A stretch of 64,000 nucleotides of DNA from an uncultured Pseudomonadota bacterium (GCA_964495945.1 CAZBWL010000001.1:181584-245583); one strand, 5' to 3'; shown: positions 10,107-20,136, numbered from the stretch's first letter. Notes: generated by a model not told the origin, from the sequence alone. Made by a program: numbers and translations.

Positions 10107-11630
10107 ATGAAAAGACGAGTAGTTATATATCTGTCTATAAGTGCCTTTTTTTGGAATGTAACAGGTACGTTTATATGCAAGCAGAGCTATGAAAGTAATA
10201 TTCCTTATTTTCAGAAAGATCCGAATGGCTTTGTTGTCTCGTCCTGCTTTTTAAAAGGGGTCGCTTATTCAACGTATCAGAATGGTGGGCATCGCTACTG
10301 GTCTTCTCTTGGATATATACCAAAAAGTAATTGGAGTTGGTTTGAAACAGAATGTAGGCAGCGATTTCGTATAGATCGAATAAAAAAATATAAAACAAGA
10401 TTTTTATCAAAAGCTTCTCCTATTGATTACGAGCATACAGTGGGCCTTTCTGCAGCGGGTTGGGACCATTTATTTGAAGACATAGCCTTGATGAAAGCGT
10501 TAGGGGTTAATGCATTGCGATTTGATCTTCCTTGGGCCGACTTAAATCCTGAGGAACATTGCTGGAATGAAGAGGCATTTGCGCTGTATGATCGCTATAT
10601 TGATGCATTGCTCGCGCAGGGAATAACACCATTAGTGACGCTTTATCATTGGGTTCATCCTCTTTGGTTTCACGAGCGTGGAGGATGGGAGGAGGCTGAT
10701 AATATTAAATATTTCATACGATTTTGTAAGAGAGTTTTTCGTCGCTATGGGGATCGTATTCGTTTGTGGTGCACCATAAACGAGCCAACAGTTATTAGCG
10801 CATGTGGGTATATTATGGGTTCCCATGCGCCCGGTATAAAAAATAGAAGATATCGGGCAGGACGAGTTCTTTTGAATTTATGCCGGGCCCATGTAGAAGT
10901 CTATTATGCAATTAAAAAATTACCGTATGGAGATCAGTGTAAAGTTTGCCTGGTTCATCAAATTGCCAAATTTGAGCCTCGCCAAGGGCATCCGTTACGT
11001 CCCTTAAATTCCATCAACAAGATCCTTGCTAAAACGTTTAATAAAAATTTTGCTCATGATGTAATTCTTGATTTTTTTAAAACTGGCGACTTTTCATATC
11101 ACGTTGTTGGAAATAAGTATATTGAGGCTCGAGATGAACGAGCGCCTCATTCACTTGATTTTATAGGACTTAATTTTTATGCGTCTGTAACCTTGGGCCC
11201 TTGGCCAACGTGTCATTACGGAGAAACTATGACCGATATGGTCTGGGCCATCCGCCCCCATAGTATGTATGAGGGAATTAAAGATGTCGCACGGCTTGGT
11301 GTTCCGATTGTTATTACAGAAAATGGTATTCCGGATGCTCGAGATGATCGAAGGGAACAGTGGATTGTCGGTAATTTAAATGCGGTAAAACGGGCAATGA
11401 TTGAAGGGTATGATATACGGGGATTTTTTTATTGGTCTTTTCTTGACAATTTTGAGTGGAATATGGGGCATGAAAAGAAATTTGGGCTCTATGCAGTGGA
11501 TACCCTGAGTCCCCACATGAAGGATAAGAAGCGAACTCTTCGTAAAGGATCTTTAGCGTATAGAGACTATTTTATAACCGCTTCGAATGATACAAAATCG
11601 AATAAAATTCTCATTTCACAGCGCCTATAA
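10107..11630 (+). CDS. glycoside hydrolase family 1 (beta-glucosidase-like) with N-terminal signal/anchor
   Basis: GH1 acid/base motif CTINEPTV, nucleophile motif VITENGIPD and N-terminal F..GVAYSTYQ. The ATG at 10107 is preceded by GGGAG 6 nt upstream. The hydrophobic N-terminus is MKRRVVIYLSISAFFW. Confidence 0.8.
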   Translation: MKRRVVIYLSISAFFWNVTGTFICKQSYESNIPYFQKDPNGFVVSSCFLKGVAYSTYQNGGHRYWSSLGYIPKSNWSWFETECRQRFRIDRIKKYKTRFLSKASPIDYEHTVGLSAAGWDHLFEDIALMKALGVNALRFDLPWADLNPEEHCWNEEAFALYDRYIDALLAQGITPLVTLYHWVHPLWFHERGGWEEADNIKYFIRFCKRVFRRYGDRIRLWCTINEPTVISACGYIMGSHAPGIKNRRYRAGRVLLNLCRAHVEVYYAIKKLPYGDQCKVCLVHQIAKFEPRQGHPLRPLNSINKILAKTFNKNFAHDVILDFFKTGDFSYHVVGNKYIEARDERAPHSLDFIGLNFYASVTLGPWPTCHYGETMTDMVWAIRPHSMYEGIKDVARLGVPIVITENGIPDARDDRREQWIVGNLNAVKRAMIEGYDIRGFFYWSFLDNFEWNMGHEKKFGLYAVDTLSPHMKDKKRTLRKGSLAYRDYFITASNDTKSNKILISQRL

Positions 11631-11703
11631 AAGAAGAGATAGTCCATTGTGAGTCATTTTATGTGGTTCAGGGCTAGGGAGGTGCCTCTGATATTGGGGG
11701 ATA

Positions 11704-11732
11704 TTGACTTTTTAGATGGCAGTTGTCATACT
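11704..11732 (+). promoter_or_regulatory. candidate sigma70-type promoter for rpmA
   Basis: TTGACT, a 17-nt spacer, then CATACT, about 75 nt upstream of the rpmA start. Confidence 0.3.
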
Positions 11733-11806
11733 TATTTACGTATAAAACTTATCTAAAGCATCAAATCTTATAGAAAATTATTTTCTGAGTCTTAAAGGAA
11801 ACGATA

Positions 11807-12064
11807 ATGGCAACAAGTAAATCTGGTGGAAGTACACAGAATAATCGCGATTCCCATAGTAAACGGCTTGGTGTTAAGTTGTTTGATGGTCAAGTGGTAC
11901 ATGGTGGCGAAATTATTGTTCGTCAGCGAGGCACGCGAATTCACCCTGGTGACAACGTTGGGCGTGGTGGAGATGACTCATTATTTGCAACAAGTAATGG
12001 GGTCATTAAGTTTCACTATGGCAACAAGGGCAGAAGATATGTTTCTGTGCTATCTGGCGAATAG
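11807..12064 (+). CDS. rpmA: 50S ribosomal protein L27
   Basis: 85 aa. [20 protein letters not shown]...[28 protein letters not shown] is the canonical L27 sequence pattern. Confidence 0.92.
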   Translation: MATSKSGGSTQNNRDSHSKRLGVKLFDGQVVHGGEIIVRQRGTRIHPGDNVGRGGDDSLFATSNGVIKFHYGNKGRRYVSVLSGE

Positions 12065-12167
12065 TCATCACATACAAACTGCTTGCGCATCCTATTAAAG
12101 CATGCTACAACATGCATAAAACGAATCTACAAATTTCATTCATGTATCCAGTTCGGAGAGAGAGTCC

Positions 12168-13061
12168 ATGATTAACGTTGTGAAGTACCGTTTTGTGACA
12201 GCTTTGACGTCAGTTATACTTATTTGCGCTTCTGTTGGTTTTGCAATGTACAAAAAGCAAACAACAGGTGCGATATTTAACTACAGCGTTGATTTTACGG
12301 GAGGAGCTCAGGTGTTGTTGCGTTTTGAGCAGCCTGCCGATATTCAAAAAATAAAGACGGTTTTAGACTCTGAGAGTTGGCAAGGCGCTACTGTTAGAGA
12401 GTTTGATGAACATGAAATTATGGTTCGTATAAAATTGGACCAAGTAGGCAAGGAGCTTGGTGTTATTGCCGAAAAAATGAAATCTTCTTTACAGGCCGCA
12501 ATGCCTGATCAAACGATTACTATTTTGCAAAGTGAATCTGTTGGCCCGGACGTAGGTGAATCATTACGCGGTAAATCTATGCTTGCGATAGTGTATGCTT
12601 CGCTTGCGATGCTTGTGTATATATGGTTTCGATTTTGGTCTTTTGGCTATGCAATTGGAGCTGTAATAGCATTGATTCATGATGCATTTTTAATGTTGGC
12701 GGTTTTTCTATTTACGGGTCGTGAAATATCGGTCAATGTAATTGGTGCAATTTTGACTGTCATTGGGTACTCTGTTAACGATACAATCGTGATATTTTCG
12801 CAAATACGCGATAATATGAAACGTTTGTCTCATGAATCATTAGCAAATATTGTAAATGTTAGTATTAATCAAACGTTGCGCCGTACAATGCTGACAAGTT
12901 TTTCAACCGGTATTGCAGTTTTGTCGATGCTTGTATTGGGCGGTGAAGTGTTGCGTGATTTTATGATAGCCTTGCTTGTGGGTGTTATTGTAGGAACATA
13001 TTCATCGATATATATCGCAAGTCCTATAATGATGATGTTTGCTCGTGGAAAAAGAGCATAG
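12168..13061 (+). CDS. secF: protein translocase subunit SecF
   Basis: 297 aa with an N-terminal TM, a periplasmic loop and a C-terminal TM bundle. SecF signature is GYSVNDTIVIFSQIRDN. Confidence 0.85.
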   Translation: MINVVKYRFVTALTSVILICASVGFAMYKKQTTGAIFNYSVDFTGGAQVLLRFEQPADIQKIKTVLDSESWQGATVREFDEHEIMVRIKLDQVGKELGVIAEKMKSSLQAAMPDQTITILQSESVGPDVGESLRGKSMLAIVYASLAMLVYIWFRFWSFGYAIGAVIALIHDAFLMLAVFLFTGREISVNVIGAILTVIGYSVNDTIVIFSQIRDNMKRLSHESLANIVNVSINQTLRRTMLTSFSTGIAVLSMLVLGGEVLRDFMIALLVGVIVGTYSSIYIASPIMMMFARGKRA

Positions 13062-13274
13062 TGAGCGTAGAAGGTATGTTGCGGTAGCAACAGTTATATT
13101 AGAGAGTAGTGAAGCGTATTCAAATAACGCATGGTCTTTTCTTTATCGCATCTCGTGATGGTACAGCACGGTCCTATGTGCATCTGATTGAATGCGCATC
13201 TGAATATATGCGGTCCAACGTATTAAGAGGTTTATGAATATGATTTCTATTATTCCATTCAAAGGGAGGCTTTC

Positions 13275-14954
13275 GTGAAAGAACAAAAAAATGATGAAAT
13301 AAAACAGCAGGAGGCGATGCCTTTGGAGCAAGAGGCCGATGTTGTACAAGAGCCGGTAGAAAAAAAGACAGTAGTGCGAAAAAAAGTAAAAAAAAGTTCT
13401 GTTCTTCAAGCAGATTCAGATTCTGTGGTGCCTAACTCTCAATCTAATGATACAGAGGCAACGAGCGAGCCGCGATCGGAATCAAGGCCGGAGCCAGCTT
13501 CGCAGCCTATGCCTGTAGATAAGCAGCCAGACTCAGCTCAATATAAAAATAATAACGGATCCTCTCATCACAATGGTCAAAATAGGGGCCATCATCCTCA
13601 GCAGCGTCCGCAAAGACAAGGTGATCATCGTCAGCATGGCGTCAAGCCGCGCAATGTTAATCCTCAACAGCAGCATGCACCAGCGGAAAAGCGTTCAATT
13701 GAGGATATGACGTTAGCTGAATTGAATGTGTTTGCGCGTCGATTTGGTATCATTGGTGCAGGACTGATGTCCAAGCAGGTGCTTATAGATAAAATAAAGC
13801 ATGCACAAGCATATCCTGATATGGAAATGGAAGTGCAAGGTGTTTTAGAAAAGTTACCCGATGGATTTGGTTTTTTACGATCAGCACAATATGATTATGT
13901 AAGTGGTCCTGATGATGTGTATGTATCCCCATCCCAGATTCGTCGTTTTGGCTTGAGAACGGGAGACAGCGTTAAAGGTGTTATTCGTAAGCCAAAGGAG
14001 GGTGAAAAGTATTTTGCACTGCTTAAAATACAGAGCGTGAATCAATCTGATCCATTGTCGATGAACGATCGTCCTCATTTTGATCGCCTTACGCCGCATC
14101 ACCCTGATAAAAAATTTAATCTTGAATTTGATCCAGAAGCTATTTCAACACGTATTATGGATCTATTTACCCCTATTGGTAAGGGGCAGCGTGGATTGAT
14201 TGTAGCTCCTCCAAAAGTTGGTAAAACGCTCCTTTTAAAAGAGATTACAAAGAGTATCATTGCGATGCATCCGGAAGCATATCTGATTATTCTTTTAATT
14301 GATGAGCGTCCTGAAGAAGTTGCCGATATGAAACGTACGGTAAAGGGGACTGGTGCACAAGTGATCAGTTCTACGTTTGATGAGCCAGCTGAGCGACATG
14401 TGCAGGTTGCTGAATTGATTTTGGAAAAGGCTAAGCGATTAGTTGAATCGGGACGCGATGTTGTGATTCTTTTGGATTCGATTACTCGACTTGCTCGAGC
14501 ATATAATACAACAGCGCCAGCATCAGGAAAGGTGCTCACTGGTGGTATTGATGCGAACGCTCTTCAATGGCCAAAGCGCTTCTTTGGTGCAGCTCGTGCT
14601 ACCGAAGAGGGCGGATCGCTTACCATTATTGCTACAGCAATGGTTGATACAGGCTCTCGTATGGATGAAGTCATTTACGAAGAATTTAAAGGTACGGGTA
14701 ATATGGAAATGCATATGACGCGTAAACTTTCAAATCGTCGTACGTATCCAGCATTTGATCTGCTTATTTCTGGTACCAGACGTGAAGATCTTCTCCATAA
14801 GCCTGAAGATTTGAATAAAGTATGGGTATTGCAGAAATTTTTAAGCACGATGAACACTGTAGAGGGCATGGAGTTTCTCATTGATAAGATGCGAAAGCAT
14901 AAGACAAATGAGGATTTTATTGAGTCGATTAATAAAAAGCCGACTGGCCAATAA
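13275..14954 (+). CDS. rho: transcription termination factor Rho with ~140-aa low-complexity N-terminal extension
   Basis: GTG start preceded by AGGGAGG. Rho_[14 protein letters not shown], cold-shock-like RNA-binding [14 protein letters not shown], Walker A PPKVGKT and Walker [11 protein letters not shown]. Residues 1 to ~140 are rich in Q/H/P/N/S. Confidence 0.9.
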   Translation: MKEQKNDEIKQQEAMPLEQEADVVQEPVEKKTVVRKKVKKSSVLQADSDSVVPNSQSNDTEATSEPRSESRPEPASQPMPVDKQPDSAQYKNNNGSSHHNGQNRGHHPQQRPQRQGDHRQHGVKPRNVNPQQQHAPAEKRSIEDMTLAELNVFARRFGIIGAGLMSKQVLIDKIKHAQAYPDMEMEVQGVLEKLPDGFGFLRSAQYDYVSGPDDVYVSPSQIRRFGLRTGDSVKGVIRKPKEGEKYFALLKIQSVNQSDPLSMNDRPHFDRLTPHHPDKKFNLEFDPEAISTRIMDLFTPIGKGQRGLIVAPPKVGKTLLLKEITKSIIAMHPEAYLIILLIDERPEEVADMKRTVKGTGAQVISSTFDEPAERHVQVAELILEKAKRLVESGRDVVILLDSITRLARAYNTTAPASGKVLTGGIDANALQWPKRFFGAARATEEGGSLTIIATAMVDTGSRMDEVIYEEFKGTGNMEMHMTRKLSNRRTYPAFDLLISGTRREDLLHKPEDLNKVWVLQKFLSTMNTVEGMEFLIDKMRKHKTNEDFIESINKKPTGQ

Positions 14955-14975
14955 AAGATAATAATATATATCAAT

Positions 14976-15006
14976 AAAAAGGCGGCTGTAATGGCCGCTT
15001 TTTTAT
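14976..15006 (+). terminator. rho-independent terminator
   Basis: aaaaaGGCGGC-tgtaatg-GCCGCtttttt hairpin after the rho stop. Confidence 0.6.
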
Positions 15007-15057
15007 TGATATGCATGTATAAATATCATAGAATTAACATGAGAATAGGGTTGAGTA

Positions 15058-15345
15058 ATGGACTCAACTTTTTATATGGGGGTGATCTTGGTGAAATATC
15101 ATCTATTGTTACATGTTGCTGCTACAATGTGTGGGTCATTACTTGTGGCAGGAGAAAAATCAGTTGAAGGAAAAACTCCTCGTGAAAAACTGTACGAGCG
15201 AATTCAAGTTTTAAACGGAGTTAGGACTTATCTGAAAAATATGGATGAAGAGTCTCGTGAAGAAATTGAAGAGCTGATAGCTAAAGATCCGAACGTAATT
15301 TCGAGCCTTATCATTGCAACTGTCTGTGGTCAAGAAAAAAAATAG
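15058..15345 (+). CDS. hypothetical small protein
   Basis: 95-aa ORF with hydrophobic segment LLLHVAATMCGSLLVAG. No recognised domain. Confidence 0.35.
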   Translation: MDSTFYMGVILVKYHLLLHVAATMCGSLLVAGEKSVEGKTPREKLYERIQVLNGVRTYLKNMDEESREEIEELIAKDPNVISSLIIATVCGQEKK

Positions 15346-15348
15346 TTA

Positions 15349-15774
15349 TTGATGTGTATTGTGGGGAATTTTGTGAATAAAAAATTGATGTTTATTGCTT
15401 TATCATTGCCTTTTTTAGTGGGAACATCGTATGCGATGGAATATCCTGATTATACCAATGAAAGAGCTGTAGATGAATTGATTAAAGCGCTTTTTGAAAA
15501 AAAGAATACTGATTCTAAAAAAAATAGTACTGTGGACAACCAAAAAAAGCGTAAACCTCTTGTTGAGCTTACAAATAAGCCGAATCAAAAGCGTGTAAAA
15601 GTTGCGTCGCCCGACTCTCCCAAGCTCAATCCTTTTACCTCTGTGCAGCCTGCAGATACAAAGCATGTTTTGACACGGACAAGTTATAAAAAGTATTATA
15701 ATTGGCGATCGCGTGAGATACGAAAACGTGCTAAACTTCGTAAAACCAATAAGCGATTGACGTATCAAAAATAA
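15349..15774 (+). CDS. hypothetical small secreted basic protein
   Basis: 141-aa ORF with signal-like KKLMFIALSLPFLVGTSYA, then K/R-rich stretches (KKRKP, KRVKV, RKRAKLRKTNKR). The exact start is uncertain (ATG 15352 or GTG 15373). Confidence 0.4.
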   Translation: MMCIVGNFVNKKLMFIALSLPFLVGTSYAMEYPDYTNERAVDELIKALFEKKNTDSKKNSTVDNQKKRKPLVELTNKPNQKRVKVASPDSPKLNPFTSVQPADTKHVLTRTSYKKYYNWRSREIRKRAKLRKTNKRLTYQK

Positions 15775-15848
15775 GAAATTGACCTATTAAAAATACATTC
15801 TTAATATCATCAAATTCATGCAACTTTAAATGGAAAAGTACAATAATC

Positions 15849-16223
15849 ATGATATATAAAAAATCTATTACGCTATTGACGATGCTATGCTGTTTTTTTG
15901 GCTTACATGCTGGGCTTACGATAGTAGAGCTACCTAAATCAGAAGTGACAAAGCCGGGCAAATGTAGAATTCAGTTTAAAACTGTTCCTAAAAAAGAAAT
16001 AATGAAAAAAAGGAATGAGCTCCTTACTATTAAGCGGGTATATACCATAGAATTCAAATCACGAGGCTTTGAACATATTTCACCTATTAAACCAACAACT
16101 AATTCTTGCGATAGCAGCCCTTTGGCTCCTGATGATATTGTAACATATTTGGACAATTTTTGTGGTGAGCCGGGCCCAAAGCAGCGAGCAAAAGATCTTT
16201 TTAAAAATACAGACAAAAACTAG
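15849..16223 (+). CDS. hypothetical small secreted protein
   Basis: 124-aa ORF with signal-like LLTMLCCFFGLHAG. No recognised domain. Confidence 0.4.
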   Translation: MIYKKSITLLTMLCCFFGLHAGLTIVELPKSEVTKPGKCRIQFKTVPKKEIMKKRNELLTIKRVYTIEFKSRGFEHISPIKPTTNSCDSSPLAPDDIVTYLDNFCGEPGPKQRAKDLFKNTDKN

Positions 16224-16337
16224 CGATAATCGCTTCTTTAACGGACTTTTCTTAGCAAATTATGGTATTTTTCATGAGATCTATGAGATACTTATATCTA
16301 TAATTGTAATACTTTCATATATAAAAGGAGGGTTTTC

Positions 16338-16598
16338 ATGAAAAGGGGTTTATTGTTGGCACTTTGCTTTAGTGGTATTTTGAACGCGATGTACTCATCT
16401 GAGTCAGATAGCTGTAGGGGTAGTAAAAGGCGAAAAATCAAAGATGGAGAAGAGCAAGTAATTTTGGAGCCATCTGATCAAAATAATATGGATTTGATAG
16501 TTACACCGTTTGATCTTGAAAAAGATCAGCCTTTAAAGAAAGAGCGTAATATTGGGAAAGTTAAACGAAAGCTTTTTTCTGATTTTGATAATGAATAA
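16338..16598 (+). CDS. hypothetical small secreted protein with basic clusters
   Basis: 86 aa with signal peptide MKRGLLLALCFSGILNA and basic clusters KRRKIK and KVKRK. An AGGAGGG RBS lies upstream. Confidence 0.45.
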   Translation: MKRGLLLALCFSGILNAMYSSESDSCRGSKRRKIKDGEEQVILEPSDQNNMDLIVTPFDLEKDQPLKKERNIGKVKRKLFSDFDNE

Positions 16599-16607
16599 TT
16601 GATTATG

Positions 16608-17630
16608 CTAAGAAAGCTCCACATCAAGCTCAAATGATGAGAATTCGCCTTGGGCTGCTTTATAATTTCCAACGAGTGCAATCATAGCGCCATTATCGAT
16701 ACAAAATTGTGGCGACGGAATATAAAGGGGCAGTGTGCGATCGTTTGCAAGCTGCTCTACTTTATGTCGAATAAATTTATTTCGAGAAACCCCTCCTACA
16801 AAGGTGATGCCTTTAATATCAGGATGAGCCTCAATTGCACGAGAGAGCTTTTCAAGAAACACATCAGTAATACATGCAAGAAATGAGCTTGCTACTTTAT
16901 CGACAAGATCTTGATCGCCAGAAAACTGCTTTGTTTTCATATCATACGCCCCCCGTTTTACAAGATCATACATGACGGCGGTTTTGAGGCCAGAATAGCT
17001 AAAATCGAGTGTCTTTGGCTTGTGGCGAGGATAGAAAAAGTAGTCTTGAAAATTGACCTTAGAAGCACGTTTTTCAATTTCTGGACCTCCGGGATAGGCA
17101 AGGCCAATAAGCTTTGCGATTTTATCAAATGCTTCGCCAGCAGCGTCATCTTGCGTTTCGCCAAGCAGTTCAAAAACGCCAAAATCACGAACCAAGAAAA
17201 TAGCGGTATGGCCGCCCGATGAGGTAAGGCATATATGGGGAAATGGGACATTAAATTCCAAAAATGGAGAAAAAACGTGGCCTTCAATATGATTGATCCC
17301 TATCAATTTTTTCTGAGTAGCCCAGGCGATAGCTTTTGCAAAACAGACCCCAACGAGCAATGAACCGGGAAGCCCAGGCCTATTGGTCACAGCAATGACA
17401 TCGATATCATCGAGCGTTTTATGGGCACGCTCAAGGGCTGTCGAGATAATGCCGTTAATGCGCTCAAGCTGGACGCGTGAGCCAATTTCGGGGATGACTC
17501 CACCGTACAATGCGTGCATTTCTTGAGAATAGAGGGCATTTGATAAAAGGCCATGTTTGGACGAAAAGACAGCTGCTCCTGTTTCATCGCATGAGGTTTC
17601 TATGCCAAGGGTGAGATAGGGCTGTTTCAT
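16608..17630 (-). CDS. tsaD: tRNA N6-adenosine threonylcarbamoyltransferase TsaD
   Basis: 340 aa. GIETSCDETGAAV N-terminus, HIEGH metal motif and the ASKHA fold pattern typical of Kae1/TsaD. Confidence 0.9.
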   Translation of the reverse strand: MKQPYLTLGIETSCDETGAAVFSSKHGLLSNALYSQEMHALYGGVIPEIGSRVQLERINGIISTALERAHKTLDDIDVIAVTNRPGLPGSLLVGVCFAKAIAWATQKKLIGINHIEGHVFSPFLEFNVPFPHICLTSSGGHTAIFLVRDFGVFELLGETQDDAAGEAFDKIAKLIGLAYPGGPEIEKRASKVNFQDYFFYPRHKPKTLDFSYSGLKTAVMYDLVKRGAYDMKTKQFSGDQDLVDKVASSFLACITDVFLEKLSRAIEAHPDIKGITFVGGVSRNKFIRHKVEQLANDRTLPLYIPSPQFCIDNGAMIALVGNYKAAQGEFSSFELDVELS

Positions 17631-17644
17631 AGTGTGTAAACTCT

Positions 17645-18364
17645 TTATGCAGTGTGATGCGCGGGTGCCGCGTATACGATAGTGGTTCCTTTGCGCTTCA
17701 TGGCTACTTCTTGCGGTTTTCCTGTAAATGGGGCAATGAACGTTGCGGCAAGGGCAATTCTATTCATTCGATCCTTGACGTGTTCTTCTGAACCCTCGAT
17801 CTGGATGAGATTGTCGTGCATGCAGACGGTTGGGAATTCAAATCCCTTGCTGCCATCGAGCTTGGCAACCCATTCTGGCGCTGAATGCATAATAAGAGCA
17901 TCATCAGGTATTTTACACTCTCCACTAAGGCGATCCTCGCTAATGCGCCAGCTATACGTAATATGAGTTCCTCTTTCTTTAGAGATTGAGGGCTCAAGAA
18001 TGATCCTGAAAAAGCGGTATGATGCGCCTTCTTTGAGCCTTTGATACTTTACGACGCCCGTATGCGGTTCATATTTTGAGCTGAGGAAAACAGGATCTAT
18101 ATTTTCAGGCTCTGTTATTAAAAGTTTGAACGCAAATTGTCGATTTTCTCGCACTATTGAATAGGTAATGTTTTTGTTGGAGGAGTCCACAGAGGTCTGG
18201 ACCTTGTCACCTTTGTAGGTGATGGGAATGGGACTGAGTTGTGTTTTCAGCGTATGAGGGAATTGTATGCACCCCATCAAAACTGTCGGTTCATGCGCAT
18301 AAATTGTTGCGGCAAAAGGCAAAATAAGCAATACTAACAATGAGCCTGAGATATTATATTTCAT
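17645..18364 (-). CDS. hypothetical secreted protein
   Basis: The 308-aa ORF is trimmed to the ATG at 18364, which gives signal peptide MKYNISGSLLVLLILPFAATIYA. No recognised domain. Confidence 0.5.
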   Translation of the reverse strand: MKYNISGSLLVLLILPFAATIYAHEPTVLMGCIQFPHTLKTQLSPIPITYKGDKVQTSVDSSNKNITYSIVRENRQFAFKLLITEPENIDPVFLSSKYEPHTGVVKYQRLKEGASYRFFRIILEPSISKERGTHITYSWRISEDRLSGECKIPDDALIMHSAPEWVAKLDGSKGFEFPTVCMHDNLIQIEGSEEHVKDRMNRIALAATFIAPFTGKPQEVAMKRKGTTIVYAAPAHHTA

Positions 18365-18482
18365 AAGCGAAACTCCCGATTTGCTACAGACTGTACAATT
18401 ATGATAATCGAAAGCTGTTGTCAGATCAAATAAGTAGGAAAAATAGGTTCGAGCTGTATGATATTGCGAAAGTACGATAAAA

Positions 18483-19049
18483 ATGCGTGCATTATTACAT
18501 AAAATTATGAACTCGCTTATGCGCCACGAACGGTGCACTCGGACGTTGGCTCTTTCAGTGTGCATGGGCATATATGTTGCCTTTTCGCCGTTTATTGGAT
18601 TGCATACTCTTATGATTTTTGCGGTTGCCTACCTTTTTTCATTAAATTGCGTAGTGATGATCGCCGTGTCTCACATCATCAATAATCCGTGGACGATGGT
18701 CCTTGTGTATGGTTCTGGGCATTATGTAGGAGATGTTTTGCTCACGTTGGGAGGCATTGCGCATTATGACTATAATCCTTCATGGATTTCAGCGTTCAAC
18801 TCGTGGGCTTTTGGCATGAACAGCTTTTCATTTTGGGGCTTTATGCTCGGTGGAAATATTGTGGGAATTTGCTTGAGCGTGGCCTTTTATCCTATAGTTA
18901 AGCGCTTAATACATGTCTTTAATGAAAAAAGCTCCGATACTGTCCAAAAGACTGTGGCACGATCTAAAGAAGTTGCCGCTCAGATGCTCGATAAGACTAC
19001 CCCTTTGATTCAAGCTTTAAAACAACGTCCCGATGAAAGACCATTATGA
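18483..19049 (+). CDS. DUF2062-like membrane protein
   Basis: 188 aa. The pattern RTLALSVCMGIYVAFSPFIGLHT...INNPWT matches my recollection of the DUF2062 family. It has 3-4 TM segments, and its stop overlaps the smpB start. Confidence 0.5.
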   Translation: MRALLHKIMNSLMRHERCTRTLALSVCMGIYVAFSPFIGLHTLMIFAVAYLFSLNCVVMIAVSHIINNPWTMVLVYGSGHYVGDVLLTLGGIAHYDYNPSWISAFNSWAFGMNSFSFWGFMLGGNIVGICLSVAFYPIVKRLIHVFNEKSSDTVQKTVARSKEVAAQMLDKTTPLIQALKQRPDERPL

Positions 19050-19498
19050 AGATAGTTTCTCAAAATAAGAAAGCTTTTCATGATTACGAAATTCTTGAAC
19101 GCATTGAGGCCGGTATCGTTTTGACGGGTGATGAAGTAAAATCGCTGCGTGCCGGAAAGGCTTCACTCATAGGCGCTTTTGCGACGATCAAAAAAGGCGA
19201 ACTCTATCTTAATAATTGTCATATCACTCCCTATGAAAAAGCATTTGGGCAAAAAGAAGAGGATCCGACGAAGGCTCGAAAACTGCTTGTCCATCGAAAA
19301 GAGCTCAATAAGCTTGTAGGGGAAATAGCCCAAAAGGGAATCACGATTGTACCGCTTAAAATCTATTTTAATAAGCGCAATATCGCAAAAGTGGACCTTG
19401 GGCTTGCAAAGCATAAAAAAGCCGCTGGCAAAAAGCAGGCGCTCCAAGAACGAGATATTCGCCGCGAAACCGAGCGCGAAGTCCGCGGCCGCTGGTAG
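19046..19498 (+). CDS. smpB: SsrA-binding protein SmpB
   Basis: 150 aa. NKKAFHDYEILERIEAGIVLTGDEVKSLR...LLVHRKEL is the canonical SmpB pattern. It lies immediately upstream of the tmRNA. Confidence 0.92.
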   Translation: MKIVSQNKKAFHDYEILERIEAGIVLTGDEVKSLRAGKASLIGAFATIKKGELYLNNCHITPYEKAFGQKEEDPTKARKLLVHRKELNKLVGEIAQKGITIVPLKIYFNKRNIAKVDLGLAKHKKAAGKKQALQERDIRRETEREVRGRW

Positions 19499-19564
19499 TA
19501 AAAGAGCAATTGATCTTGTATAATCCCTTTGGTACACTACATATATCCTTTCTTTGAAAATCGC

Positions 19565-19925
19565 GGGGGCGTATTGGCTTCGACGTATAGTTGCAAGCTT
19601 TGAGTGCATGCCGAGGTTTGATTGGGACCTCGTTAAAAAACTGGTCAAAAATAGTAAACGGCGAATCTAACTTCGCTTCAGCTCCTGCCCTAGCGTAGGA
19701 GTTGCTTGATAGTTGGGCGTGTCTATCAGTTCGATTATCACGTATTAACCAGATAGAACTTTTGGGCAAGGAATTGATGCTTTGTAGCCCGATAAGTATC
19801 ACAAGGCATTCTGATATATAAAGCTCTGTCTTTGAGGCGTATATCAGTATATTCAGAGAATGAGCATGGAGTACTTGAGGTTTGAGGCTCTGCGGACATG
19901 GGTTCGACTCCCATCGCCTCCACCA
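19565..19925 (+). ncRNA. ssrA: transfer-messenger RNA (tmRNA, ssrA)
   Basis: The 5' GGGGGCG pairs with the 3' CGCCUCC-A-CCA and includes a G3:U wobble, the alanine identity element. The T-arm is AUGGG-UUCGACU-CCCAU. An internal tag frame at 19660..19698 encodes GESNFASAPALA then a stop, preceded by AAAAAUAGUAAAC, which resembles the E. coli resume context. Confidence 0.88.
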
Positions 19926-19930
19926 ACCTA

Positions 19931-19975
19931 CGCCAAGCAGACTTTGCCAAGGCTTTGTCAGCCAGGGGCTACGGC
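19931..19975 (-). repeat. GC-rich ~45-nt repeat element, inverted copy
   Basis: The reverse complement, cgtagcccctggctg...agtctgcttggcg, matches both ends of the copies at 21485 and 21860. It starts 6 nt after the tmRNA CCA. Confidence 0.6.
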
Positions 19976-20136
19976 TTGTGCGACGTAGCTGAAAGCGTAG
20001 GCGTATTGGCAGGCCAGCTAACTAAGGATGGCCCGAAATAAATATTAATAGCAAAATCGTAGGTTGCCCTCCGTAGTAAGCGAGCAACGCGAGACACGTA
20101 GGATGGGCTGGCGGCCTACTTTTATAAGTCAAAATT

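Noticed and set aside
14099-14539. 146-aa antisense ORF inside rho, plus other nested ORFs at 14491..14718, 14523..14714 and 14675..15016.
   Set aside because: They are fully embedded in a confidently identified gene and have low-complexity translations.
18365-18571. 69-codon N-terminal extension of ORF 17645..18571.
   Set aside because: The internal ATG at 18364 yields a canonical signal peptide, and the extension overlaps the divergent DUF2062 gene start region.
19163-19950. Minus-strand ORFs 19163..19648, 19368..19802 and 19738..19950.
   Set aside because: They lie antisense to smpB and across the well-supported tmRNA gene. They have no motifs and are most likely spurious.
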